Positions 53,070 to 64,000 of a DNA stretch of 64,000 nt are shown here, in pieces. The translations under genes were made by a program, and so were the position numbers. The DNA is from Octopus sinensis (taxonomy: Eukaryota), in the NCBI RefSeq assembly GCF_006345805.1, contig NC_043001.1, positions 123,442,001-123,506,000 of the forward strand, written 5' to 3'. Every line of letters begins with the position of its first letter. The first letter of the stretch is position 1. Under the pieces are notes generated by a model, which did no database searches, was not told the origin of the DNA, and worked only from the letters and a program-made list of their open reading frames with translations.

Positions 53070-54898
53070 ACTCTCACATACAATGGTAGTCTCTCGTATT
53101 TCGAGGCAGAGGGTTCTGCTATTTCTTGCTGAGCAATCTGCACACACGATCTGCTTATAGTGGTCAAATGTATGTGTTGTATATTAGCTCATTCTCCACG
53201 CCCCATCAAAACGACGTAACTTGAACAGTTGCACGGTGTACCTGTCATAGAGCAACCTGAAATGAGTTATTTTGCTCATGAACACAATGCACCGCCATGG
53301 ATTGAAATTGAATTGCATCCACGGTCTCACGATCGCCACTGCAACGGAATCCATATTGTTTCAGACCAATGGCGTTTTGTTGCTGAGGTATACAGTTGAT
53401 ATGAAATAGGTTTTCGATTGAAGGTATTCTAGTAAAGGACATCTCACGTTTTCAGATGTGGTAGACTCTGGACTTAACATTGCACAAGATATAGGCCGTT
53501 AGCTGACAGGATTGTTAACTCATCGGACAAAATTTCTTCCAGTTAAAATCTTGCGCAGTTCAAAGTTGTATATCATCTTTTGGGCGTCGATGAAAGGAAT
53601 GCTAGTCAAGTACTGGGACCGGTATAAACAATTAAACCCTACACAAAAATTTCAATATGCAATATATAAATATGCAATATATAAATTTTTAAGACACTAC
53701 ACTAGCATATAATTTTGAGGAAATTTTGATATTTTTCTACCACACAGAGTGACTTTTATAAGCTCCTCTCTTGACTTTAAGTACGAGTCTGCTTGATTGA
53801 TCATATGACTATATCAAAACATTGGCTATGTTACAATTAATAGAGAAGACATCATAGAAGCTATGGCGATATGATTCTATCTAACCTGTTTCTTGAGTCA
53901 GATATTTTTGCAGAAAGGAAGCTTTATTTCTTACTTCTATTGTAGAAAGCTACACTTCTATTCACTACCGCCTTCCTCTTGTTTTCTTTTACATATTACT
54001 TGTTTTGCTTTTTTTTTGTAATTATAGTCTGCTTTCTTTCAGTTTCTTGAAATACACCATATGACTTATAACAAACTTTCATTGATCGAATACTTTCTGT
54101 TTTATTCAATAAATTTCTTATTTCTTTTCTTACTTGATTTGGTGTCTTATTTATTATTTATTAAATGTTTAAAAACCCAATAATTAATACGAAATACGAA
54201 AATAACAATTATTTTCTCGTATAGAAATTACCATTATAATTTTTTGTTGTTTTCTTTTGCTATTATAAATTTGCCTCAAGAATTTCCTACTAAATTAAAA
54301 AGAAAAAATACCAGAAAAATATGACTTAAGAAATTCAAAGAGAATATATTCAAAAATTTCGAAAGGAAAAGATAATGAAAATAAAACAAAAAATAAAGAA
54401 AACGAAAAACTCATAAAAACAATCAAGGCTAAACTAACTAAAGAGACTTCTTTGTTCTTAATATGAAAATAGCAAAAGAAAAAAATATTGGTTTTTGAAA
54501 ATATAATTGATCGCTACAAGTTTCAAAAGCATTTTTTTTTTATTGTGATATCACACCCTCCCTACCTTACAATAACTATGGTCAATTTATGAGTTATTGT
54601 TCTATTGTTTGTCTTAAGACGGTGGGCAATCTCGACAATGCAAGGGTGAGATATGTATATTTTATATGCACTAAAAACTTCATCACGAAACCGTATCCTT
54701 ATTAGAATGCTGTTTTTTTATATAAGACAATGGATTTTGGGAATTTGTTTCATGGCATAGCATATTAGATTGATCAGGACTGTAGACAGAGTTCTCATGC
54801 ATGCTTTATATGTGTGTGTGTGTATGTATACATACATGCATATACATATATATATAATAAATCTCTGAGCGAGGTATAAACAGTAGCTGCACGACAAC

Positions 54899-55062
54899 GT
54901 GAAGTATATTTGCCACTTAAATGTGGTTAACCCATAAGAGTGGATGCTAATATAGCTTTTAGCCCCAGGAGAACACCTCCTCCAGCTGGTTATTGACACA
55001 CTTTCTTTGCCCTATAAGTACTAGCAAAGGGAAGCCATCCTTCGGTTTTTGACTATGAACAT
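54899..55062 (-). mobile_element. Family P2 copy lacking the ribozyme segment
   Basis: gtga.gtat.tttgcca.tt.aat.tgg.taaccc.taag.gtggatgcta...ttagccccagga...ccagctgg matches 13247-13410. Confidence 0.75.
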
Positions 55063-55120
55063 GTGTGTGTATGTAACAAAAGACAGAGACAGAAAATGGA
55101 ATATACGAGAAACTTTATTG

Positions 55121-55214
55121 CTCGCAACGGTCGTTACGACACATCCTGTATCGATCCCTCGAGGATGGGATACTGTGCAACTGGTTGTAGTGCAGACGCA
55201 TCTCGTCAGGTGAG
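55121..55214 (-). ncRNA. Hammerhead copy with core mutation (GAAA to GUAA)
   Basis: ctcac-CTGACGA-...-GTAAC-GACC-GTT-gcgag. Confidence 0.7.
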
Positions 55215-55279
55215 GTTAGGCAGTGAACATGTTTGATCGGTTTACGACTATGAACATACCCGATACTTCACTGCCTAAC

Positions 55280-55373
55280 CTCACCTGACGAGATGCGTCT
55301 GCACTACAACCAGTTGCACAGCATCCCATCCTCGAGGGATCGATACAGGATGTGTCGAAACGACCGTTGTGAG
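55280..55373 (+). ncRNA. Type I hammerhead ribozyme with branched 65-nt helix II
   Basis: ctcac-CTGACGA-g[...]c-GAAAC-GACC-GTT-gtgag. Perfect 5-bp stem I and G10.1-C11.1 present. Internal hairpins gatgc/gcatc and catcc/ggatg. Confidence 0.82.
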
Positions 55374-55419
55374 CAATAAAGTTTCTCGTATATTCCATTT
55401 TCTGTCTCTGTCTTTTGTT

Positions 55420-55461
<42 letters not shown>

Positions 55462-55462
55462 T

Positions 55463-55762
55463 GTGAAGGCACATGGCTTAGTGGTTAGGGTATTGCACTC
55501 ACGATTGCGAGATCGTGGGTTCGATTCCCAGACCGGGCGTTGCGTTGTGTTCATGTTCAAAGCACTTCACTTCACGTTGCTCTGCAATCGTTTCCTCATC
55601 GGACATGTGGCACATAGTGCTCCTGTACAGGTAATGCCGATTTGATGGAGGGAGTGAGCTTATGTGAACACAAACATTTGCTCACTATAAACAAATCATC
55701 TGTGTGGTTATTCGGCAAGAAATTACCGAACCCGCATACATCGTCTAACGACGGGAGAGTCC
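55463..55762 (+). mobile_element. tRNA-derived SINE family C
   Basis: A box TGGCTTAGTGG, B box GGTTCGATTCC, body aaagcacttcacttcacgttgctc, followed by (GAT)n. Confidence 0.85.
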
Positions 55763-55786
55763 CTGATTGTGATGATGGTGATAATA

Positions 55787-55825
<39 letters not shown>

Positions 55826-56039
55826 TTATGTATGTATGTATGTATGTATGTATGTATGTATTACACTCTCAGTACTACTTTTGCTCAAGAATAATGAATT
55901 TGTACTCTGCAAAATAATTATTGAGGAACCCTTTATATAAATGTTTTTTTTATTCCAACACAACGTAAGAACCTCATATATGTTTCCCGTCCTACTGCGT
56001 ATTTCCTTGATCAAGTGTTTTCTGCTATGGTCTCGCACC

Positions 56040-56079
56040 GTCTAAAGTGTTCTGATTGGAAACTGAAAGAAACCCGTCC

Positions 56080-56110
<31 letters not shown>

Positions 56111-56240
56111 TGTGTGGGGGGTGTTCTTTTATTCTTTTACTTGTTTCAGTCATTTCACTGCGGCCATGCTGGAGCACAATCTTTAGTCGAACAAATCGAC
56201 CACAGGACTTGTAAGTTTAGTACTTATTCTATCGGTCTTT
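56040..56240 (-). mobile_element. SINE family B, internally deleted
   Basis: cttttacttgtttcagtcatt..actgcggccatgctggagcac...gtcgaacaaatcgacc. Confidence 0.7.
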
Positions 56241-56789
56241 TTCGTACATTCTTTAAATGGTTTTCAGAAATGTGTTTTGCCCTTATACTAGACATTACGT
56301 AAGTGTTGTGGTGAGATGCAGGCTGTCGTCAGAAGACACCAGAACTCCACAAGGTTACAAAGTATTCAAAATATTGAAAACGTCGATCGAGTCTAATTTA
56401 TACTATTGGCTACAGAACAGATAATGAAGAAATAAAAAAAAAGGGGTTGCTATAAGAGCATCAAGGAATCTGCAATTTAACGTGGCTCTCGTCTGTTAAC
56501 AGAATACGTAAAATAACCTAAGTTTTAGTTGAAGCTAATTTATAAGATTAACTTAGATTATAATTCGAATTGAGAATTGCAAAACACTGATAAAGATCGG
56601 AGTTTTGCAATTCTAAATTCGTTTCAAAACTAATTAACCACTTGATTGATTCATTAAATAATTGGTTACTTAACTGACTAGCTGGAAATAGGATAAAATA
56701 ATTTTCTTGTAATATATTAGTTATTCAATCAGGCTGCGTTTCTTTTGCGTCTGAAATGCCCGAATTCGGATGCATATATGAAGCTACTA

Positions 56790-57080
56790 GATCATGAGTC
56801 GTATATTGTTGGTTTTGTGTAACATCCAGGTTATTCATAATCAAGCATATCACCTGTAAATATTTTTCTTCTTGAGCACTTGACCTTTATTTCTCGATCT
56901 ACCTTATCCAAAGTGTCCATTTATTGAGCGTTGGCTGTTAATTCCTACCTGTGACCCTGTACAGACTCCATCGTTGTTTCCTAATTGACACAAGTGCTCC
57001 GTCTTGTCTTAAAATCAAACAGTCGTATATTCGTTGATTGAACTGGCATTTGGCAGATGATATAGTAGCTCGTATTATCG
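56790..57080 (-). pseudogene. Possible RTE-like LINE ORF 3' end
   Basis: SIRKQRWSLYRV...NKWTLWIR resembles IR..RW.W.GHV.R...K..L.W. Confidence 0.35.
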
Positions 57081-58126
57081 CCCCTTGTCACCTCTTCCTT
57101 AACTTTCTCTCGTCCAGTCACTCTCACTATCCGCCTGTCTCTCTCTCTCTCTCTCTCTCCAACCTCTCTCTTAGGTTGTCCTCTCTCAGTGCTCCTTCCC
57201 TTTGACCCCTTCTCATTACTTTCGTGCCCGTCTGTTTCTTCTCATTGTGTTTGCATCTCCCTCCTACCTCTTTCTCTATTTCAGTTCATTTATTTCATCT
57301 TGATTATTTCTTTGACCCTTGACAATAATTCCGTGTTTTTGCTATTTTCTATTTCACAGTCATTTTCACTTTCTCTGTCATCTTCTTTCCTTATATCTCA
57401 CTTATTTCTCTCTTAGATTCACTTTCTTCCCATTTTCTTTCTCTTACTCCATAATACTCACACCTCTCTATACTTCTGCTCTCATTTTCCCCTACCATTT
57501 CCCTGTTTCCTTTATCTCCCACGACATCCTCTTTCTTCTTGCTCTTCCGTAGTAGTTAATGTACAAACTTCACCTATTGACCTTCTACGAATTCTCACAC
57601 ACATTGGCCTCAATCAATCTTAATCAGTCTTGGTAAACTAATCTATTTTCACTGACTCCTCATTTCGCTATCCTCTAGTTGTCTTTCTCTATTTCTTAGC
57701 CTCTTTGTGTTCCGCAGCCATACCATATTGCCTAGATAAATTAAATGAAAGGACAGCAGAGAGAGCGTTTGTCAATAAATTGCTAAATAGTTGAATACAT
57801 TAACACAGGAGTTGTACTTGTTTGGCAAGTGATTTCATCCGAGACCGTGCGTTGCTAAATTAATAGACATTTCAATAAATTATCAGCCACAATACCATAC
57901 AACCGCATATCTATCCGGCAAGCCAATAAGGAATAAATAAGCTTCTCTATGGTAGAATAACTTGCTTGAAATAACAGCCAGAATTCTTTCTAATCCACGT
58001 CTTTTATTTTGATGAAAAAAAAAAAAATGGGTGGAGCTGTGTGCTAAGAAACACGCTTCCCAACCACGTGGGTTTCGGAGACTCGTACCGAAAGTTCAGT
58101 CGAGGTACATAATTATTTAGTTTTCT

Positions 58127-58523
58127 TTTCTACTCTAGGCGCAAGGCCCAAAATTTTGGGGGAGAGGGCCAGTCGATTAGATCGACCCCTGTACGCAACT
58201 AGTATTTAATTTATCGAACCCGAAATGATGAAAGGTAAAGTCGACCTCTGCAGAATTTGAACGCAAAACGTAAAGACAGACGAAATGCCTATTTCTTTAC
58301 TACCCACAAGGGGCTTAACACAGAGGGGACAAACAAGGAAAGACAAACGGATTAAGTCAATTAGATCGACCCCAGTGCGTAACTGGTACTTAATTTATCG
58401 AACCCGAAAGGATGAAAATCAAAGTCGACCTCGGCAGAATTTGAACTCAGAACGTAACGGCAGACGAAATTACGGCTACGCATTTCGCCCGGCGCGCTAA
58501 CGATTCTGCCAGCTCGCCGCCTT
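58127..58523 (-). mobile_element. SINE family A dimer with alternative 3' end
   Basis: Two units joined at gacgaaatgcc|tatttcttt (~58290). The distal unit ends ggccttgcgcctagagtagaaa. Confidence 0.88.
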
Positions 58524-58865
58524 TATTATTTAGTTTTAATTGTTTGATACAGTCACCAAGAACACATTTTGATGCAAGGTCCCAAAGACTGCGCAATCAA
58601 GGTTAAAAAAGAAAAGGGAAAACATCAAGGCCATTGGAAGATATGATATGCGCATATACCATGGTGTTACTAAAACAGTATACCGTGCCATCTGGTGGGA
58701 AAACGTCGCTGATATAATATAGAAAATATTCGTATTGTTGAATTATGAAACAGGTTGGTGACGTCGTTGTTGTTTGTACTCCACTCGGTCCTGAGCAAAC
58801 GGATGAACTAACATATATAATGAAGCCATAACAGTTCCATCATCTCAGGCATTATTTAATTCCTT

Positions 58866-59022
58866 AACTTTTACTTGTAATAGTCATTTGAGTGCAGCCA
58901 TGCTGGAGCATCACCTTAAGAACTTTCAGACAAATAAATCGACCCCGCGTGCTTTTTTAAACCTGGCACTTATTCTAACGAACTCTTTTTGCCGAACCGC
59001 TAAACTACGGGGACGTAAACAC
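58866..59022 (-). mobile_element. SINE family B 3' half
   Basis: gccatgctggagcatcacc...ttttgccgaaccgctaaactacggggacgtaaacac. Confidence 0.8.
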
Positions 59023-59034
59023 ACACATGCACCC

Positions 59035-59118
<84 letters not shown>

Positions 59119-59147
59119 GTCAGTCTGTCTGTCTGTCTATATCTCTG

Positions 59148-59184
<37 letters not shown>

Positions 59185-59211
59185 GTATCTATCTATCTAT
59201 CTATCTATCTG

Positions 59212-59284
<73 letters not shown>

Positions 59285-59679
59285 CGATATACATACACTA
59301 GACACATGCGTGCATACAAAACGAATACATACATAAATACAAACACACATGCATGCATACACATACATACATACATACATACATACATACATACATACAT
59401 ACATACATACATGCATGCATACATGCATACACACGAACCATCTATGAATGCATATGAGTACAACAGACTTCTCAGAGCTGTCTCGACTCAAAACAAAGAA
59501 GTTTTGTCACTTTGTCAGTAACCGGCTTCAATTCAATAAAGAACTGAAATAAATTTCAATGGAAAACTTACATTCATGCAGAGGTACAACCACAGATCAC
59601 TACATGAATACATAAATGCTTACATTCGTACATATATACATATATACATAGATGCATATGTGCATATATGCACACATTC

Positions 59680-60380
59680 ATTTATTCATTCATACATACA
59701 TACATACATACATACATACATACATACATACATACATACATACATACATACATACGTGCATACATACATACATACATACATACATACATACATACATACA
59801 TACATACATACGTGCATACATACATACATACATACATACATACATACATACATACATACATACATACATGCATAAATGCATACATACATACATACATACA
59901 TACATACGTACACGCATACATACATACATACATACAACTTGCATACATACATACATACATACATACATACATACTACATACATACATCATGCATACATAC
60001 ATACATACATACATACATAATACATACATACATAATACATACATACATACATACATACATACATACATACATACATGCATACATACATACATACATACAT
60101 GCATAATGCATACATACATACATACATACATACATACATACATACGTACACGCATACATACATACATACATACATCATACATACATACATACATACATAC
60201 ATGCATACATACATACTACATACATACATACATACATACATGCATAAATGCATACATACATACATACATACATATACATACATACATGCATACATACCAT
60301 ACATACATACATACATACATACATGCATACATGCATACATACATACATACATACATACATACATACATACATACATACAT
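59680..60380. repeat. ~700-bp (CATA)n microsatellite with variant units
   Basis: Direct reading. It generates the many HTYI/MYVC pseudo-ORFs. Confidence 0.97.
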
Positions 60381-61824
60381 AAGGCATATATAAGCGTAAC
60401 TATGGGTGTTTGTGTCGCAGGCTCTGAAGAACAATACCGACTGCAGCGGAATCAATTATCAATTGATGTAGTGTATATCAAAACTGCTATGCATCTTATA
60501 ATGACTGTTTTATGTATTTCACCACCTCAGTTTCCTACCTCTTACCTTTCCCCAATCTTATCGACTGATATTAAACTATACAAATAGTAAAAGCATACAC
60601 ACATATCCACACACATGCGCACACACACATACACACACACACACACAAGCACGTACAGAATGATCGACACAGGCATTCATAGGCACACACACACACAGAG
60701 ATACACACACACAAAGACATACATAGATATACACACATACATTCTGCTGTCAATGCTAATCAAGACATAACAAGACTTTGAGCTAAAAAAAAAATTCTCT
60801 TTCATTGAGCTGCAACTATCTTCTTGTTGTCATGACAAACTGCTTGTCATGTGACTGTAAGGAAATAATAAAGCGTTTACAGAAGATGAGATTGGAGATG
60901 CTGGATAATTGATAATGTGTGGACTCTTCTTTGAGAGAGGTAGCAAGCTGCGTCTATCAGTAAGGAGGCAGCCACTTGCCAGCTGTTGTGTCGGGGGTTC
61001 GAATCCATACAATGAAAAATGTGAACGATGTTAAACATTCTCCCATATATGTTGAGCTGTGCCAACGTTACAGATCGATTTTTAGCATAATCAAGTTGGT
61101 GAAATAGAAGAAATTTTAGCGCACCATATTAACTATTTTATATTAGCTAATTTAATTCCTGGCACTCTTCATCCTGAGTTCAACCGCCGGCAATCAAGTC
61201 TCCTTTAGAAAAGAGGTGCATTCTACATTAGATGGTATTCTTGTATCTACACTACATCGCAAAAGAATTCAGAATGATCACATAAGGAACGAATTTGATC
61301 GTAGACATGTACAATCAGGTTTGAGAGGTTGCTAAAAATAACAAGACTCTTAAGGAGAGATGGAACAAAATACTGCAAATCGGTAGAGCTGTACTCGAAG
61401 GTTCTCGCCGTCTTCACCCTCTCTTCTTCTAAATACTCCCTTGACTCTCGTTGAGATGGAATGTGGACTGACTTTGTTGGGATTTGAACTCAGAACGAAG
61501 AGTGGAAAAATTAAATTTCATAAAGCATTTGCTCCGGCACACAGTAAAATATTTGTCCTGGTTCATCGAAAATTGATCTCTAATATTGGCATACGGTCAA
61601 ACAATTCGGAGTAGAAATATAATTGATTATATCGATCCTAATATGTGATTGACACTTCATGTCATCGATCACAAATCAGTTAAAGGAAAATTTCATCTTG
61701 ATCTTATTCGGATCAGAACATATGTGATCTGTAAAGAAATACAGCTAGGGAGCATTTCGTCCGATAAGCTTAACAGAATGTCTAATCGTTTGCATGTGTC
61801 AAATTTATATATATAAATTATATA

Positions 61825-61911
61825 TTTTCTATTCCTGAGCGTTATACTAATACATCTGTTTGTTTTGTACACCACCTGTCTTCGTCTTTTGTTTTCTTTG
61901 TAAACTCTCCC

Positions 61912-61912
<1 letters not shown>
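61825..61912 (+). mobile_element. Family P1 tail without ribozyme
   Basis: ttcctgagcgttatactaatac..ctgtttg...cacctgtcttcgtcttttgttttctttgtaaac, between (TA)-rich and (TG)n runs. Confidence 0.65.
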
Positions 61913-61965
<53 letters not shown>

Positions 61966-62019
61966 GTGTGTGTGTGTGAGTGTGTGTGTGTGTGTATATG
62001 TATATGTATATGTGTGTAT

Positions 62020-62240
62020 CTTTGCGTCTATGTTTGTACCCCTCCACCGCTAGGCAACCGGTTTTGGCGTGTTTACGACCCTGTAACTTAGCGGTTCGGC
62101 AAAAGAGTTATTTGGAATAAGTACCAGGCTTAACAAAAAACATAACTGGAGTTGATTCGTTCGACTAAAACAAATCGTTCAAGGCGGTGCCCCAGCATGG
62201 CCGCACTCTAATGACTGAAACAAGTTAAAGACAAAAGATA
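62020..62240 (+). mobile_element. SINE family B 3' half
   Basis: gcaaccgg...gtaacttagcggttcggcaaaagag...aaggcggtgccccagcatggccgca...tgactgaaacaag. Confidence 0.8.
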
Positions 62241-62697
62241 CTGACTCTACTCACTTCTGCTACAACTAAATTGAAGAAAAAACTTTACAAGCAATTACCA
62301 ACACCTATTACTAGCATCATAATTAAGACAAATATCGTCACCAGCACCATGATTATGATTTTGATGATGATGGCCATGATGATGATGATGACGATGATGA
62401 TGATGATGATCAATGCTTCAACAACAAAAGGGGGAAAAAAATGAAAAAAATGCAATCTTAATATGCGTAAGACTTCATAAGAGTGTATTTGACCTTTACG
62501 TCTAATTGACATTTCTTGACTTGACACCAGTGGAATTTAATTGAAAAATCTTATTGGAAAAATAAATGAATAGATAAAATAAAAATGTAGGACTGCACCC
62601 TTCCCCTGAGAAACCTCAGAACAAAACAAAATAATCGTAACTAATGAATAAATTAAATTAACCTGTCATCAAATATTTTCGCTGGTACTTCATACAT

Positions 62698-62740
<43 letters not shown>

Positions 62741-62963
62741 TGAGTGTATTTTTACCTTGTTAACAATTAACACGGAAAAATAAATAAATAGTTACCAGGG
62801 CAGCAAAAATCTCACAAGTAAAGGTGTTGTAACTCCTTGTTATAAATAGTATCAGTGGAATTTTTGTAACATGTGTCGAAAGTAAAAATACTTGTTTACA
62901 CCTGCGTTAACTCCATTTTTTATTCACACACATATATATATATATTATATATATATATATATA

Positions 62964-63115
62964 GTGAAGGTGCGTGGCTTAGTGGTTAGGGTATTCGGCT
63001 CACGATTTTAAGGTCGTGAGTTTAAATTCTGGGCGACACCTTGTGGCCTTGAGTAATACACTTTATTTCACGTTGCTCCTGTCCACTCAGCTGGCAAAAA
63101 TGAGTAGTGCCTGTA
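62964..63115 (+). mobile_element. SINE family C 5' part
   Basis: gtgaaggtgcgtggcttagtggttagggtattcggctcacgat...cacgttgctcctgtccactcagctggcaaaaatgagtag. Confidence 0.8.
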
Positions 63116-63829
63116 CAGTCATTATATGACTTCGAGTGTTACGTTATAGACAACTTTGACCATTGAACGAAATCAAACACATTATCGATAGAACGTTATA
63201 AAATTAATATAGCAAAACGGAAACAATGTAGTTTATAAAACATAAAATTTCGAAAAGCCATGTAGTTATTATTTAAGGTCCTGCTCAGATTTTCAGCCCT
63301 CCAGGAACCTTCAAACATAATGGGTTAATGTGTTAGGTGTGTACAAGTCGAATGCATCACTCCTCTACAAAGCTGTTACCTTGAACCAATGATAGAAACT
63401 ACGAATATTTCTTTATTGTACACTGAATTGGTTGTTATAATTACAAGTTTTCGACCGTTCTGCTGTTCCACACAACAGCCGTCTTCAGGTGCCTGTTTTA
63501 TTTGGTATAATATTTTCGGATATTCGACCGGAAATATTTATTAAATCCGCGGTGGCAGACAGATCTTATTCATTTGTCCATACCAGGGGTATTCTTGTAT
63601 TAATTATTCTCCTATCTAAACCCAAGTATTTATAGTGTTTGACGGACGCTTTATTAAATTCACAACAACTTCCTAAATTACAACTCTTAACTGTGGGTTC
63701 GGTCACATGCCCTAAGACTCACAATGTCGGAGCTTCACTCCATGGCGTATAAGTAATTGAGATTAAAACAGTCGCTTATAAACAGGACGCCGCTGGTCCG
63801 TCTCCGATCCGTAGCAATACCAACTTCCC

Positions 63830-63975
63830 AGCTGTTCCTAGAATTCATTTGCAGCTGAGAGAACCTTGAAACGAAGAGTCTGGGTCTAGAGCACAGTGCA
63901 CTGCCCGCTCCGTGAAACGAAACAACGATCTTACACACCCGAGAGTGCAACACCCAAACCAATAGGTCACACACC
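63830..63975 (-). mobile_element. Highly decayed SINE C-like copy
   Basis: Minus strand ggtttgggtgttgcactctcgg..aagatcgttgtttcgtttc resembles the head at 55463. Confidence 0.4.
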
Positions 63976-64000
63976 TTTATTACAACACAACACAACACTT

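Larger units (their letters stand above)
55062..55432. mobile_element. 371-bp fold-back unit: 166-bp arms (3 mismatches), 39-nt spacer, head-to-head hammerheads
   Basis: Arms 55062-55227 and 55267-55432, whose ends merge into (TG)n and (CA)n. Confidence 0.93.

Noticed and set aside
63440-63495. Minus-strand CTGAAGA-c-ggctgtt...aacagc-AGAAC-GGTC
   Set aside because: There is a helix II-like hairpin, but the GAAA register is broken and there is no stem I.

Overview
AT-rich, microsatellite-saturated eukaryotic DNA. I infer a cephalopod, probably Octopus, from the repeat landscape; this is recognition, not a database check. I found no host protein-coding exon. Nearly all ORFs in the track are translations of (TA)n, (CATA)n, (TCTA)n, (TAA)n, (CAT)n or (CA)n repeats. 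The non-microsatellite content is transposon-derived: three tRNA-derived SINE families in many copies; a young 5'-truncated R4/Dong LINE in (TAA)n plus two decayed relatives; a Tx1/L1 3' end in (TCTA)n; decayed RTE, CR1/L2-like and Penelope RT fragments; and four Tc1/mariner-superfamily remnants. The main finding, invisible in the ORF track, is a dense and diverse set of minimal type I hammerhead ribozyme (HHR) motifs: stem I - CUGANGA - stem II - GAAAC - short, usually palindromic loop - GUH - stem I. There are about 15 intact or decayed copies from roughly nine unrelated sequence families. The best are at 13411-13455 (-), 22534-22621 (+), 55280-55373 (+), 6827-6926 (+) and 11021-11108 (+). 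They occur in three architectures: short elements docked in microsatellites, head-to-head inverted ribozyme pairs forming 200-380 bp fold-back units (2.2, 6.6, 10.8 and 55.1 kb), and a tRNA-headed (Pol III) SINE carrying an HHR (9.4-9.65 kb). This suggests a family of non-autonomous, ribozyme-processed, Penelope-dependent (retrozyme-like) retroelements. No cleavage activity or mobility has been demonstrated; folds were assigned by eye.
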